Under the pieces are notes generated by a model, which was not told where the DNA came from, ran no database searches, and was given only the letters and a program-made list of their open reading frames with translations. Both the position numbers and the translations under genes were made by a program. Of a stretch of DNA of 64,000 nucleotides, positions 56,056 to 63,873 are shown in pieces; position 1 is the stretch's first letter, and each line of letters begins with the position of its first letter. The DNA comes from Patescibacteria group bacterium (lineage in GTDB: Bacteria > Patescibacteriota > Microgenomatia > Daviesbacterales > UBA10151), in NCBI GenBank assembly GCA_943356485.1, contig CALRFD010000005.1, forward strand, positions 32,103 through 96,102, read 5' to 3'.

Positions 56056-57474
56056 ATGGAAAAAACAGCAAAGTTTATTAAAAAAGTATTATTTTTTTTG
56101 GTAGTATTGCTATTTATATTTATTCCTTTATACCCAAAATTTCCATTGATTAATATTAAAGGAACCTTTGTGGCGATCAGGTTTGAAGATTTTATTATCG
56201 GGTTGAGCGTTGGAATATGGGTTATATATTTGATTATCTCAAAACAGCTAAAGTTTTTGTTAAAAGATAAATTAAATCAGGCGATACTACTATTTTTTTT
56301 TGTTGGCCTGGTTTCAACTTTTTCAGCCTCATTTTTAACCCATTCGGTAGTTTGGTACCTAAGTTTACTGCACCTTTTAAGAAGAGTCGAGTTTATGATT
56401 TTGTTACCTGTTGTAGCAACTATTGTAACTGACAAAAAAAGATTGATTTGGATTTTGTCTTTTTTAATCCTAACTCTAATTTTAGTTAATATATATGCTT
56501 TGGGACAGCAATATTTAGATTGGCCGGTAATATCCACCACTAATTCTGAATTTTCAAAAGGGCTTATTTTACGTTTAACACCGGGCGCTCGCGTAAATTC
56601 CACTTTTGCCGGGCATTATGACTTAGCTGTATTTTTGGCGATGGCACTCGTGATGTTAACCGCGCTTTTCTTCACTGTAAAAAAGCGGATAAAAGTCTTA
56701 CTTTTAATATTAGGCGGAATATCCCTTTTGGTATTAATTATGACTGCGGCCAGGCTTTCATTTGCGGCGGCTTTTATCGGGGTTATCGCTGCTTTACTTT
56801 TCACAAAAAAAAGAAAGTACATAATTTTTATTATTGTTGGACTAGCAGCTATTTTGATATATCCTTCTCAACTGCAGGAAAGATTTATTTCTACCATTAC
56901 AGTTAACCTGTTTCATCAGGGACAAAGATATGTAGGTCAGAGTGAAGATCAAAATATCAGAAGTAAAATAAATATTCCAACTCTGGCAATAAAGACCTCA
57001 AGCAATTCTGCAAAAACATCAACTTTTTCTACCCAGTCTGGGACTATCTCTTCTGACATTGCTCCGGGTGAACCGGTTGATACAACAGAGTTAGGGGTTT
57101 ACCGGTCTTTTGAAATCAGGTATAAAATTGAATGGCCAAGGGCGATTGAAGCTTTTGTTAAGAATCCTTTCTTGGGGACAGGCTACTCTTCGATTGATAT
57201 TGCGACCGATAATGATTTCTTAAGATCACTGGGAGAAGTAGGACTATTAGGTACAATTTCTTTTATTTTGGTATTTATTGAAATTATTAAAAGAATCTTT
57301 TCAGGATTCAAAAATCCAGACAGGTTTCTGCGATATTTTTATGCAGGTACCTTAGCGATGTTAATTGCGTTTTTGGTAAATGGATTATTTATTGATGTAT
57401 TTGAAGCCTCAAAAGTAGCTTCTCTTTTTTGGATGATGGTAGGACTTTGTTTAGCTATAGAGCAATATAGCTAA
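56056..57474 (+). CDS. Wzy_C/O-antigen-ligase-family membrane protein (Wzy polymerase or WaaL-like ligase)
   Basis: It has about 10-12 TM helices. The large loop carries RYKIEWPRAIEAFVKNPFLGTGYSS...DNDFLRSLGEVGLLG, resembling the Wzy_C R...W...P.FG.G signature, and is preceded by a Ser/Thr-rich stretch. Confidence 0.5.
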   Translation: MEKTAKFIKKVLFFLVVLLFIFIPLYPKFPLINIKGTFVAIRFEDFIIGLSVGIWVIYLIISKQLKFLLKDKLNQAILLFFFVGLVSTFSASFLTHSVVWYLSLLHLLRRVEFMILLPVVATIVTDKKRLIWILSFLILTLILVNIYALGQQYLDWPVISTTNSEFSKGLILRLTPGARVNSTFAGHYDLAVFLAMALVMLTALFFTVKKRIKVLLLILGGISLLVLIMTAARLSFAAAFIGVIAALLFTKKRKYIIFIIVGLAAILIYPSQLQERFISTITVNLFHQGQRYVGQSEDQNIRSKINIPTLAIKTSSNSAKTSTFSTQSGTISSDIAPGEPVDTTELGVYRSFEIRYKIEWPRAIEAFVKNPFLGTGYSSIDIATDNDFLRSLGEVGLLGTISFILVFIEIIKRIFSGFKNPDRFLRYFYAGTLAMLIAFLVNGLFIDVFEASKVASLFWMMVGLCLAIEQYS

Positions 57475-57493
57475 AGATGTTTTAATTTAAGAT

Positions 57494-58960
57494 ATGAAAA
57501 TAATAACTGTTTTAAAAAATCAATATTTTTGGTTGAGTTTAATTATTATTTTTGGATTTTTAGTAAGAATTTATAAAATTGATGCCCCGGTTGCAGATTG
57601 GCATTCGTGGCGGCAAGCGGATACAGCAGCAGTTACCAGAAATTTTATAAAATTAGGTTTTAATCCATTTATACCAAAATATGATGATATGTCAGGAGTT
57701 TCGGAGCAGCCTGTTGTAAATTTAGGTCGATTCCGTTTTGTAGAGTTTCCTCTTTACAATATTTTTGTCTACCCATTTTATTTAATGTTTGGTGTAAGCG
57801 AAAAATATCACCGGCTTGTAACTATTATTTTTTCGATGGGTTCAACAACTTTGCTTTTTTTTATTGTCAGAAAATATTCTGGAGTTTTAGAAGGATTACT
57901 AACCTCTTTTATATATGCTTTTATGCCGTTTAATGTTTTTTTTACTCGGACTATCTTACCGGATCCGACCTTTGTTTGTTTTTCTTTAGGGATGATTTAT
58001 TTTGTCAGTAATTGGATTGAGAAAGAAAGGCGAAAGGATTTATTGTTTGGCTTATTCTTTACAAGCCTCGCTTTTTTATTAAAACCCTGGGCAATATTTT
58101 TCTATTTGCCGCTTTTATATTTGTTATTTAAAAAAAACAAAAAGTTTATCTTAAAATTTTTTATATTTTCCGTTCTTTCTTTTTTACCGTTTCTAATTTG
58201 GAGACTTTGGATTTTGCAGCAGCCGGAGGGGATACCTGCATCAAGTTGGCTGCTTAACAGTGATGGGATAAGATTTCGGCCGGCATTTTTCTGGTGGATT
58301 ATTTCTGAAAGATTGGGTCAGGAAATTTTAACTGCCACAGGCATGGTGCTTTTTTTCATCGGGTTAATTATTAAACCTAAAAATGGAAATTACTTTTTGC
58401 ATTTTTGGGCTTTATCGGCTTTTTTATTTATTGTAATATTTGCCACCGGAAATGTCAGACATAATTATTACCAAATTTTATTTATTCCTGTTGCCTCGAT
58501 ATTTCTTGGCAAAGGTTTTTTAGATTTATTAAAAGGGAGCGGATTATTTTTACCAAGAATATATACTATTCCCTTAGCCCTATTATTTTTTGTTCTGACT
58601 TTTTATTTTGGGGCAAAACAAACAGTAGGTTTTTATCAAATAAATAATCCGGTAATTGTTGAGGCGGGTAAGAAGGCGGATAAAATTTTGCCGCAAAATG
58701 CTATAGTTTTGGCGCCATATAATGGTGATACAGCTTTTCTTTATCAGAGTAATAGAGCCGGATTTGCTTTTGTTCCATTACCCATAACTGATATGATTGC
58801 AGATTATGGAGTTACCAGTTATGTATCGACCACTTATGACCCAAAAACAGCTTGGGTAATCAGACATTTTAAAGTATTGGAACAAAATCCAGGATTTGTA
58901 ATTGTTGATTTAACAACGATTAAGGTAAAGCTTGACTATTTAGTTGATCCTGAGCCTTAA
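57494..58960 (+). CDS. Polytopic membrane protein, probable ArnT/PMT-like GT-C glycosyltransferase
   Basis: The N-terminus has DAPVADWHSWRQADTAAVTRNF after TM1, followed by multiple TM helices and a C-terminal soluble region. Confidence 0.45.
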   Translation: MKIITVLKNQYFWLSLIIIFGFLVRIYKIDAPVADWHSWRQADTAAVTRNFIKLGFNPFIPKYDDMSGVSEQPVVNLGRFRFVEFPLYNIFVYPFYLMFGVSEKYHRLVTIIFSMGSTTLLFFIVRKYSGVLEGLLTSFIYAFMPFNVFFTRTILPDPTFVCFSLGMIYFVSNWIEKERRKDLLFGLFFTSLAFLLKPWAIFFYLPLLYLLFKKNKKFILKFFIFSVLSFLPFLIWRLWILQQPEGIPASSWLLNSDGIRFRPAFFWWIISERLGQEILTATGMVLFFIGLIIKPKNGNYFLHFWALSAFLFIVIFATGNVRHNYYQILFIPVASIFLGKGFLDLLKGSGLFLPRIYTIPLALLFFVLTFYFGAKQTVGFYQINNPVIVEAGKKADKILPQNAIVLAPYNGDTAFLYQSNRAGFAFVPLPITDMIADYGVTSYVSTTYDPKTAWVIRHFKVLEQNPGFVIVDLTTIKVKLDYLVDPEP

Positions 58961-58966
58961 ACCAAA

Positions 58967-60157
58967 ATGAAGATTCTAATGCTTACGCCGTATCTACCCT
59001 ATCCTTTACTTACAGGAGGTCAAACCAGATCATATAATTTAATAAAGAGGCTTGCTGCTTTAGGGCATAAGATAACCCTTTTTTGTTTAGTAAAAAGCGA
59101 CAAGGAAAAAAAATATGTTGGAGAGCTGGAAAAATTCTGTGAGGAGGTTTCCGTATTCAACAGATCTGAGAGGCCTTGGACTTTAAGCAATATTTTTAAA
59201 ACAGGATTTTCAATTTATCCTTTTTTGGTTATTAGAAATTGGGCTAGCGGAGAGCGGTCGGCTATAGAAAAAAAGCTTAAGGATCAAAAGTTTGACTTAA
59301 TACATGCAGAGACTTTTTATGTAATGCCGCACATCCCTAAGACAGAGATACCGATCCTTTTGGTTGAACAAACAATTGAATATTTGGTTTATAGTCATTT
59401 TGCAGAGGAGTCGGGTAATCTGGCGCTGAAGCCTCTTTTTTATTTTGATGTTTTGAAGATGAAGTACTGGGAACTTCGATATTGGCAACAGGCGGCAAAA
59501 GTGGTTGCAATGTCAGATGAAGATAGAAGCATAATGATTTCTGAGGTATCCAGATTGAGTGTAGATATTGTTCCTAATGGAGTTGACAGTGTATATTTCA
59601 ACAAATCTATTGCCAGCCGTTCTAAAGAGCAAATAATATTATATGTCGGTAATTTTACCTGGCTGCAAAATCGGGAAGCTGTAGATATTTTGGTAAGAAG
59701 AATCTGGCCAAAGATAAAAAGCCAGTTACCTTTAGCCAAACTTTGGATTATCGGTAAAGAAGCAGAGAAATTTTTCCCAAATTTATCCGAGCAGGATATC
59801 AGGGTTGAGGAAGTTGCCGATATTAGAGAGGTTTATCAGCAGGCATCTGTTTTAGTGGCGCCTATTTATGGAGGAGGGGGAACAAGATATAAAAATTTTG
59901 AAGCCTTTGCTTCCGGGTTACCGGTGGTGACGACCAGTATCGGGATTTCCGGAACAGAGGCAAAGGATGGAGTGGAGGTTATAATCCGGGATCAACCGGA
60001 AGAGATGGCTCAGGCTGTGGTAGAACTTTTGGGAAGTAAAGATCTGTATAGTAAAATCGCCAAAAAGGCTAGAGAAATGGTTAAAAACAGATACGATTGG
60101 GACAGTATCTCCAAAAAATTAAGTGATATTTATGAGCAGCTAGGGAAAAGGGTATAG
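58967..60157 (+). CDS. GT4 (GT-B fold) glycosyltransferase
   Basis: The C-terminus has GGGGTRYKNFEAFASGLPVVTT, an EX7E-like motif. It is 396 aa. Confidence 0.75.
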   Translation: MKILMLTPYLPYPLLTGGQTRSYNLIKRLAALGHKITLFCLVKSDKEKKYVGELEKFCEEVSVFNRSERPWTLSNIFKTGFSIYPFLVIRNWASGERSAIEKKLKDQKFDLIHAETFYVMPHIPKTEIPILLVEQTIEYLVYSHFAEESGNLALKPLFYFDVLKMKYWELRYWQQAAKVVAMSDEDRSIMISEVSRLSVDIVPNGVDSVYFNKSIASRSKEQIILYVGNFTWLQNREAVDILVRRIWPKIKSQLPLAKLWIIGKEAEKFFPNLSEQDIRVEEVADIREVYQQASVLVAPIYGGGGTRYKNFEAFASGLPVVTTSIGISGTEAKDGVEVIIRDQPEEMAQAVVELLGSKDLYSKIAKKAREMVKNRYDWDSISKKLSDIYEQLGKRV

Positions 60158-60177
60158 TTAATATTTTCCTTAGGTTT

Positions 60178-60759
60178 CTATCTGATGAACACCGGTGTTG
60201 CTTGTACAATTGTCTCGTATCGTGTTACAACAGCCATAAAGTTTTTTTGATGATCCCAATTTACTATCCTGTCAAAAGTATCTCCAAGAGTTATGGCATA
60301 TTCTCTTCCTCTTGTAGTAGGAGCAAACAATTCTCGGCTATCCTCATCTGTTCTAACAATAACTAACCCAAGTCCTTCGAGAGAATATAATTCTTTAAGA
60401 AGTGGTCTTACTGAACCATCTCCTGCAAGAAAGTCGGCTAGCGATCTAGGTTGTTCGTTAGGAGCAATGGGTTCGGTTCTAGGCAATTTGTGTAATTCAT
60501 CAGTAGTATAGCTTAATGATACATGATTAAGAAAAGCATCCTGGAAAAACTTTCTGTGGCGGCCTGCTTTTAACAATTGTGCTGCATGAGATGCTTCTGC
60601 AAGAGATTCAACTACTCCTTGCTGAGTGTTTGTGTCAATAACAGCTGCAAGATCTTCAACTTGTCTGCGCGTCAGAGTACCTAATTGATCAACAACATAA
60701 AGAAGAGCATACTTACGTTCTAACTTAGGAACATTTACCGGTAGTCTTTCTTTAGGCAT
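60178..60759 (-). CDS. Hypothetical protein with atypical (GC-richer, Ala/Arg/Leu/Glu/Thr-rich) composition; probably horizontally acquired
   Basis: The track ORF is 60178..60831 from a GTG start. The first 24 codons are AT-rich like intergenic DNA. The composition shift begins exactly at the internal ATG (MPKERLPVN, 60759), so I prefer that start. I recognise no motif. Confidence 0.45.
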   Translation of the reverse strand: MPKERLPVNVPKLERKYALLYVVDQLGTLTRRQVEDLAAVIDTNTQQGVVESLAEASHAAQLLKAGRHRKFFQDAFLNHVSLSYTTDELHKLPRTEPIAPNEQPRSLADFLAGDGSVRPLLKELYSLEGLGLVIVRTDEDSRELFAPTTRGREYAITLGDTFDRIVNWDHQKNFMAVVTRYETIVQATPVFIR

Positions 60760-60827
60760 CGTATGTTTATTATAAATAGAAATATACCATTTGAAAAAAT
60801 TTAAAGCAATATAAAGTCTAAAACTAA

Positions 60828-60928
60828 CCACAACACCACAATTTGTGGACTTTCACGCACGAAAACCACAATTGTTATCCACAACTATCTCTTGTGGTGA
60901 AAGGGGCTCTGCGACAAGCTGATTGTGG
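60828..60928. promoter_or_regulatory. Cluster of seven CCACAA/TTGTGG hexamers incl. a perfect DnaA-box nonamer TTATCCACA and a 13-bp palindrome CCACAATTTGTGG
   Basis: CCACAA occurs at 60828, 60836, 60866 and 60879. TTGTGG occurs at 60843, 60892 and 60923. TTATCCACA lies at 60875-60883 and the palindrome at 60836-60848. The cluster sits in the divergent gap between the atypical gene (-) and a GT4 gene (+). Confidence 0.4.
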
Positions 60929-60992
60929 TAGAGATAAAAATAATTTACACCAGTAATTACAGTCTTTCTTAAGAAAGTATATAATTGTACTT

Positions 60993-62102
60993 ATGCGTAT
61001 CGGAATTGATGCCAGGATGTATTTAGAGTCTGGAATTGGCAGGTATATCCGTAATGTTATAAATAAGCTTCAGGAACTCGATAAGGAAAACGAGTATTTT
61101 ATTCTGCTGAGAAAAGAAGATTTTGAGAACATAAAGTTTAACAGTAATTTTCATAAAGTATTAGCGGATTTTTCCTGGTATGGAATTACCGAGCAGATTA
61201 AATTACCTAAAATATTAAATTCTCTAAAACTGGATCTAGTACATTTTCCTCATTTTAATGTGCCAATTCTTTATAAGGGTAAGTTTGTAGTTACCATTCA
61301 TGATCTAATCCATCAGCATTATCAAATGAAAAGGGCAACAACTCACGGCTTACCAACTTATAAAATTAAACAGTTAGGATATAGAGCAATTTTTAAAAAT
61401 GCCATCTCAAAATCTGTAAAAATATTAGTCCCGTCAGCTTATGTTAAAGAGTTGTTAATAGATGACTGGAAGATAGATATAGGAAAAATAGTTATTACCC
61501 CGGAGGCTGTCGATGACACTATCTTTTCGGTCGTGAACATAATGAAAGGAAAGGATGAACAGGTGATGAAAAAATTTAACATTAAATCGCCATACATATT
61601 TTATGTTGGTAATGCGCATCCGCATAAAAATGTGGAAGGGCTAATTAAGGGGTTTATCAGATTAAGGAATAAATATAAAGACCTGCAATTGGTTTTATCC
61701 GGCAGTGACCATTATTTTTGGCAGAAAATAAAAAAAGAGTTTCACTGGGAAGGAGTTATTTATACAGGATTTATTTCTGATGAAGAGTTAGTTTCACTTT
61801 ATAAAAATGCCAAGTGTTTTGTGATGCCATCATATGAAGAAGGTTTTGGAATACCTTTGCTGGAAGCAATGGCCTGCAAAACCCCGGTTGTTTCATCTAT
61901 GAGCGGATCTTTAAAAGAAGTTGGAGGAGAGGCAGCGGTTTATTTTGATCCGCATAATCTGGAAGATATGATTAAAAAAATAGAGCAGGTTTTAGATAAC
62001 GACAAATTAAGAAAAGATTTAATATCTAAAGGACAAAAAAGAGTAAAGGATTTTAGTTGGGAAAAACTAGCCAAACAAACCCTGGGGGTTTATTTAAAAT
62101 GA
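60993..62102 (+). CDS. GT4 (GT-B fold) glycosyltransferase
   Basis: It has EEGFGIPLLEAMACKTPVVSSMSGSLKEVGG, the EX7E motif. It is 369 aa. Confidence 0.8.
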   Translation: MRIGIDARMYLESGIGRYIRNVINKLQELDKENEYFILLRKEDFENIKFNSNFHKVLADFSWYGITEQIKLPKILNSLKLDLVHFPHFNVPILYKGKFVVTIHDLIHQHYQMKRATTHGLPTYKIKQLGYRAIFKNAISKSVKILVPSAYVKELLIDDWKIDIGKIVITPEAVDDTIFSVVNIMKGKDEQVMKKFNIKSPYIFYVGNAHPHKNVEGLIKGFIRLRNKYKDLQLVLSGSDHYFWQKIKKEFHWEGVIYTGFISDEELVSLYKNAKCFVMPSYEEGFGIPLLEAMACKTPVVSSMSGSLKEVGGEAAVYFDPHNLEDMIKKIEQVLDNDKLRKDLISKGQKRVKDFSWEKLAKQTLGVYLK

Positions 62103-63166
62103 AAGTAGCTATCGTGCATGATGATTTAGTGCAATGGGGTGGGGCGGAGAGGGTATTGCAGGGGATTTGTGAAGTTTTTCCTGAGGCAGCAATTTATACC
62201 TCTGTTTTTGATAGATCCAACAAGCGGCTCTCTGAAGCATTTAAAGATAAAAAAATTATCACCTCTTTTTTGCAAAAAATTCCCGGGTGGAAACTTTTAT
62301 ATAAATTGCTACTCCCCTTCTACGCTATTGCTTTTGAGCAGTTTAACTTTGACAATTTTGATCTGGTTATTTCGCATACCACCCGGCTTGCAAAAAGCAT
62401 TATTACCAAACCGGAAACAAAACACATATGCCTTTGCCATACTCCGCCCAGATTTTTATGGCACTTCTCAGGAGAGAAGAATTATGGTTTGGGCGAGTTG
62501 CTTTTAACTAAGTTAAGAATCTTTGATCAGGTATCAGCCAAAAGAGTTGATTGTTTTTTAGCCGGTTCCAAAAATGCCCAGAGGAGAATAAAGAAAATTT
62601 ACAAAGTTGAGTCCAGGGTTTTATATCCATTTATTGATCTTGGCAGGTTTAAAAATTTGACTAGTTTTGATGGTGGATATCTTGTTGTGGTGTCAAGATT
62701 AAATAAATATAAAAGGGTAGATATTGCAATAGCGGCTTGTATTGAATTGAATATTCCCCTTAAAGTGGTTGGAACCGGTTCTCAAATTGAGTATCTGAAA
62801 TCATTAGACAAAAAAGATCAGGTTCAATTTTTAGGTAATATTAATGAATCCTTATTAGATTTAGTGTTATCCGGTGCAAAGGCTCTTTTGATACCCGGAG
62901 AAGAAGATTTTGGACTTGTTTCATTGGAAGCCCAGGCTTTAGGTAAGCCTGTTATTGCTTTTGGTAAAGGTGGAAGTTTGGAAACTATAGTGGATAATAA
63001 AACAGGCATTTTTTTTGAGATTCAAACAAAGGATGCAATGGTAGATGCAATTAAAAGGTTTGAATTAATGAAAATAAATGCATCAGATTGCAGAGAGATG
63101 GCAGCAAAATTTAGTAAAGAAATATTCAGCAAAAAGTTAAAAGAACAAATTGCTCAAGTTATGTAG
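62099..63166 (+). CDS. GT4 (GT-B fold) glycosyltransferase
   Basis: The N-terminus MKVAIVHDDLVQWGGAERV is a GT4 N-domain start. The C-terminal EEDFGLVSLEAQALGKPVIAFGKGGSLE is EX7E-like. The start ATG 62099 forms an ATGA overlap with the upstream stop. The track ORF starts at 62057. Confidence 0.7.
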   Translation: MKVAIVHDDLVQWGGAERVLQGICEVFPEAAIYTSVFDRSNKRLSEAFKDKKIITSFLQKIPGWKLLYKLLLPFYAIAFEQFNFDNFDLVISHTTRLAKSIITKPETKHICLCHTPPRFLWHFSGEKNYGLGELLLTKLRIFDQVSAKRVDCFLAGSKNAQRRIKKIYKVESRVLYPFIDLGRFKNLTSFDGGYLVVVSRLNKYKRVDIAIAACIELNIPLKVVGTGSQIEYLKSLDKKDQVQFLGNINESLLDLVLSGAKALLIPGEEDFGLVSLEAQALGKPVIAFGKGGSLETIVDNKTGIFFEIQTKDAMVDAIKRFELMKINASDCREMAAKFSKEIFSKKLKEQIAQVM

Positions 63167-63217
63167 CAGTCACTTCAACTGAACTCATCGTCGAAGTCTT
63201 GCCTTTTTTTGGAACAA
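63166..63217 (+). terminator. Weak candidate intrinsic terminator (imperfect hairpin + T7 tract)
   Basis: ACTTC...GAAGT arms are followed by CCTTTTTTTGG downstream of the GT4 stop. The stem is short and the loop long, so the support is weak. Confidence 0.2.
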
Positions 63218-63236
63218 AACGTAAACTTATAAAACA

Positions 63237-63866
63237 ATGTTATACGATATATTAAAAAGATTAACAGATATAGCCGGTTCTTTGTTTGGTTTAATTATAT
63301 TGTCTCCTGTAATATTGATGGTGGCTATTGCAATCAAATTGGATTCAGCTGGTCCTGTCTTGGCAGAGACTCCAATGCGGGCAGGTAAAAAAGGTAGATT
63401 ATTTAGAATATACAAATTCAGGTCAATGGTTCAAAATGCACAAGAAATTTTAGAAAAAAATCCCCAGCTTTTGGAGGAGTATAAAAAAAATAGCTATAAA
63501 ATCTTTAATGACCCTAGGGTTACTAGGGTTGGTAAGTTCATCAGAAGGTTTTCTATTGATGAATTTCCTCAGTTTCTTAATATTTTAAGCGGAGATATGA
63601 GTCTAGTGGGGCCAAGAGCATATTATCCTTATGAGTTAGAAGAACAGCAGGAGAAATACCCTGAATCCAGAAAATATGTTAAGGTGATATTATCAGGTAA
63701 ACCTGGTCTGACTGGCCTTTGGCAAGTAACAGGAAGGTCAGAGATTAACTTTGATAAAAGGGTCAAGATGGATGCTTTATATGTCAAACGGAGATCAATA
63801 ATTTACGATCTTTGGATTATTATTAAAACTATCCCGGCTGTTTTATCAGGAAGGGGAGCGGTTTAA
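63237..63866 (+). CDS. Initiating polyprenyl-phosphate sugar-1-phosphate transferase (bacterial sugar transferase, PglC/WbaP-C-terminal-domain type)
   Basis: An N-terminal reentrant helix (LFGLIILSPVILMVAIAIKLDS) is followed by GPVLAETPMRAGKKGRLFRIYKFRSM, DPRVTRVGKFIRRFSIDEFPQFLNILSGDMSLVGPRA, the classic Bac_transf motifs. It is 209 aa. Confidence 0.85.
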   Translation: MLYDILKRLTDIAGSLFGLIILSPVILMVAIAIKLDSAGPVLAETPMRAGKKGRLFRIYKFRSMVQNAQEILEKNPQLLEEYKKNSYKIFNDPRVTRVGKFIRRFSIDEFPQFLNILSGDMSLVGPRAYYPYELEEQQEKYPESRKYVKVILSGKPGLTGLWQVTGRSEINFDKRVKMDALYVKRRSIIYDLWIIIKTIPAVLSGRGAV

Positions 63867-63873
63867 AGATTTA

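Noticed and set aside
60828-60928. Possibility that the DnaA-box-containing repeat cluster is the chromosomal origin of replication (oriC)
   Set aside because: No dnaA, dnaN, gyrB or other origin-proximal genes are in the vicinity and I saw no AT-rich DUE with 13-mer repeats. Only one perfect nonamer is present, and it sits inside a glycan locus next to a foreign-looking gene. A regulatory or mobile-remnant role seems more plausible. I kept it as a finding but did not call it oriC.
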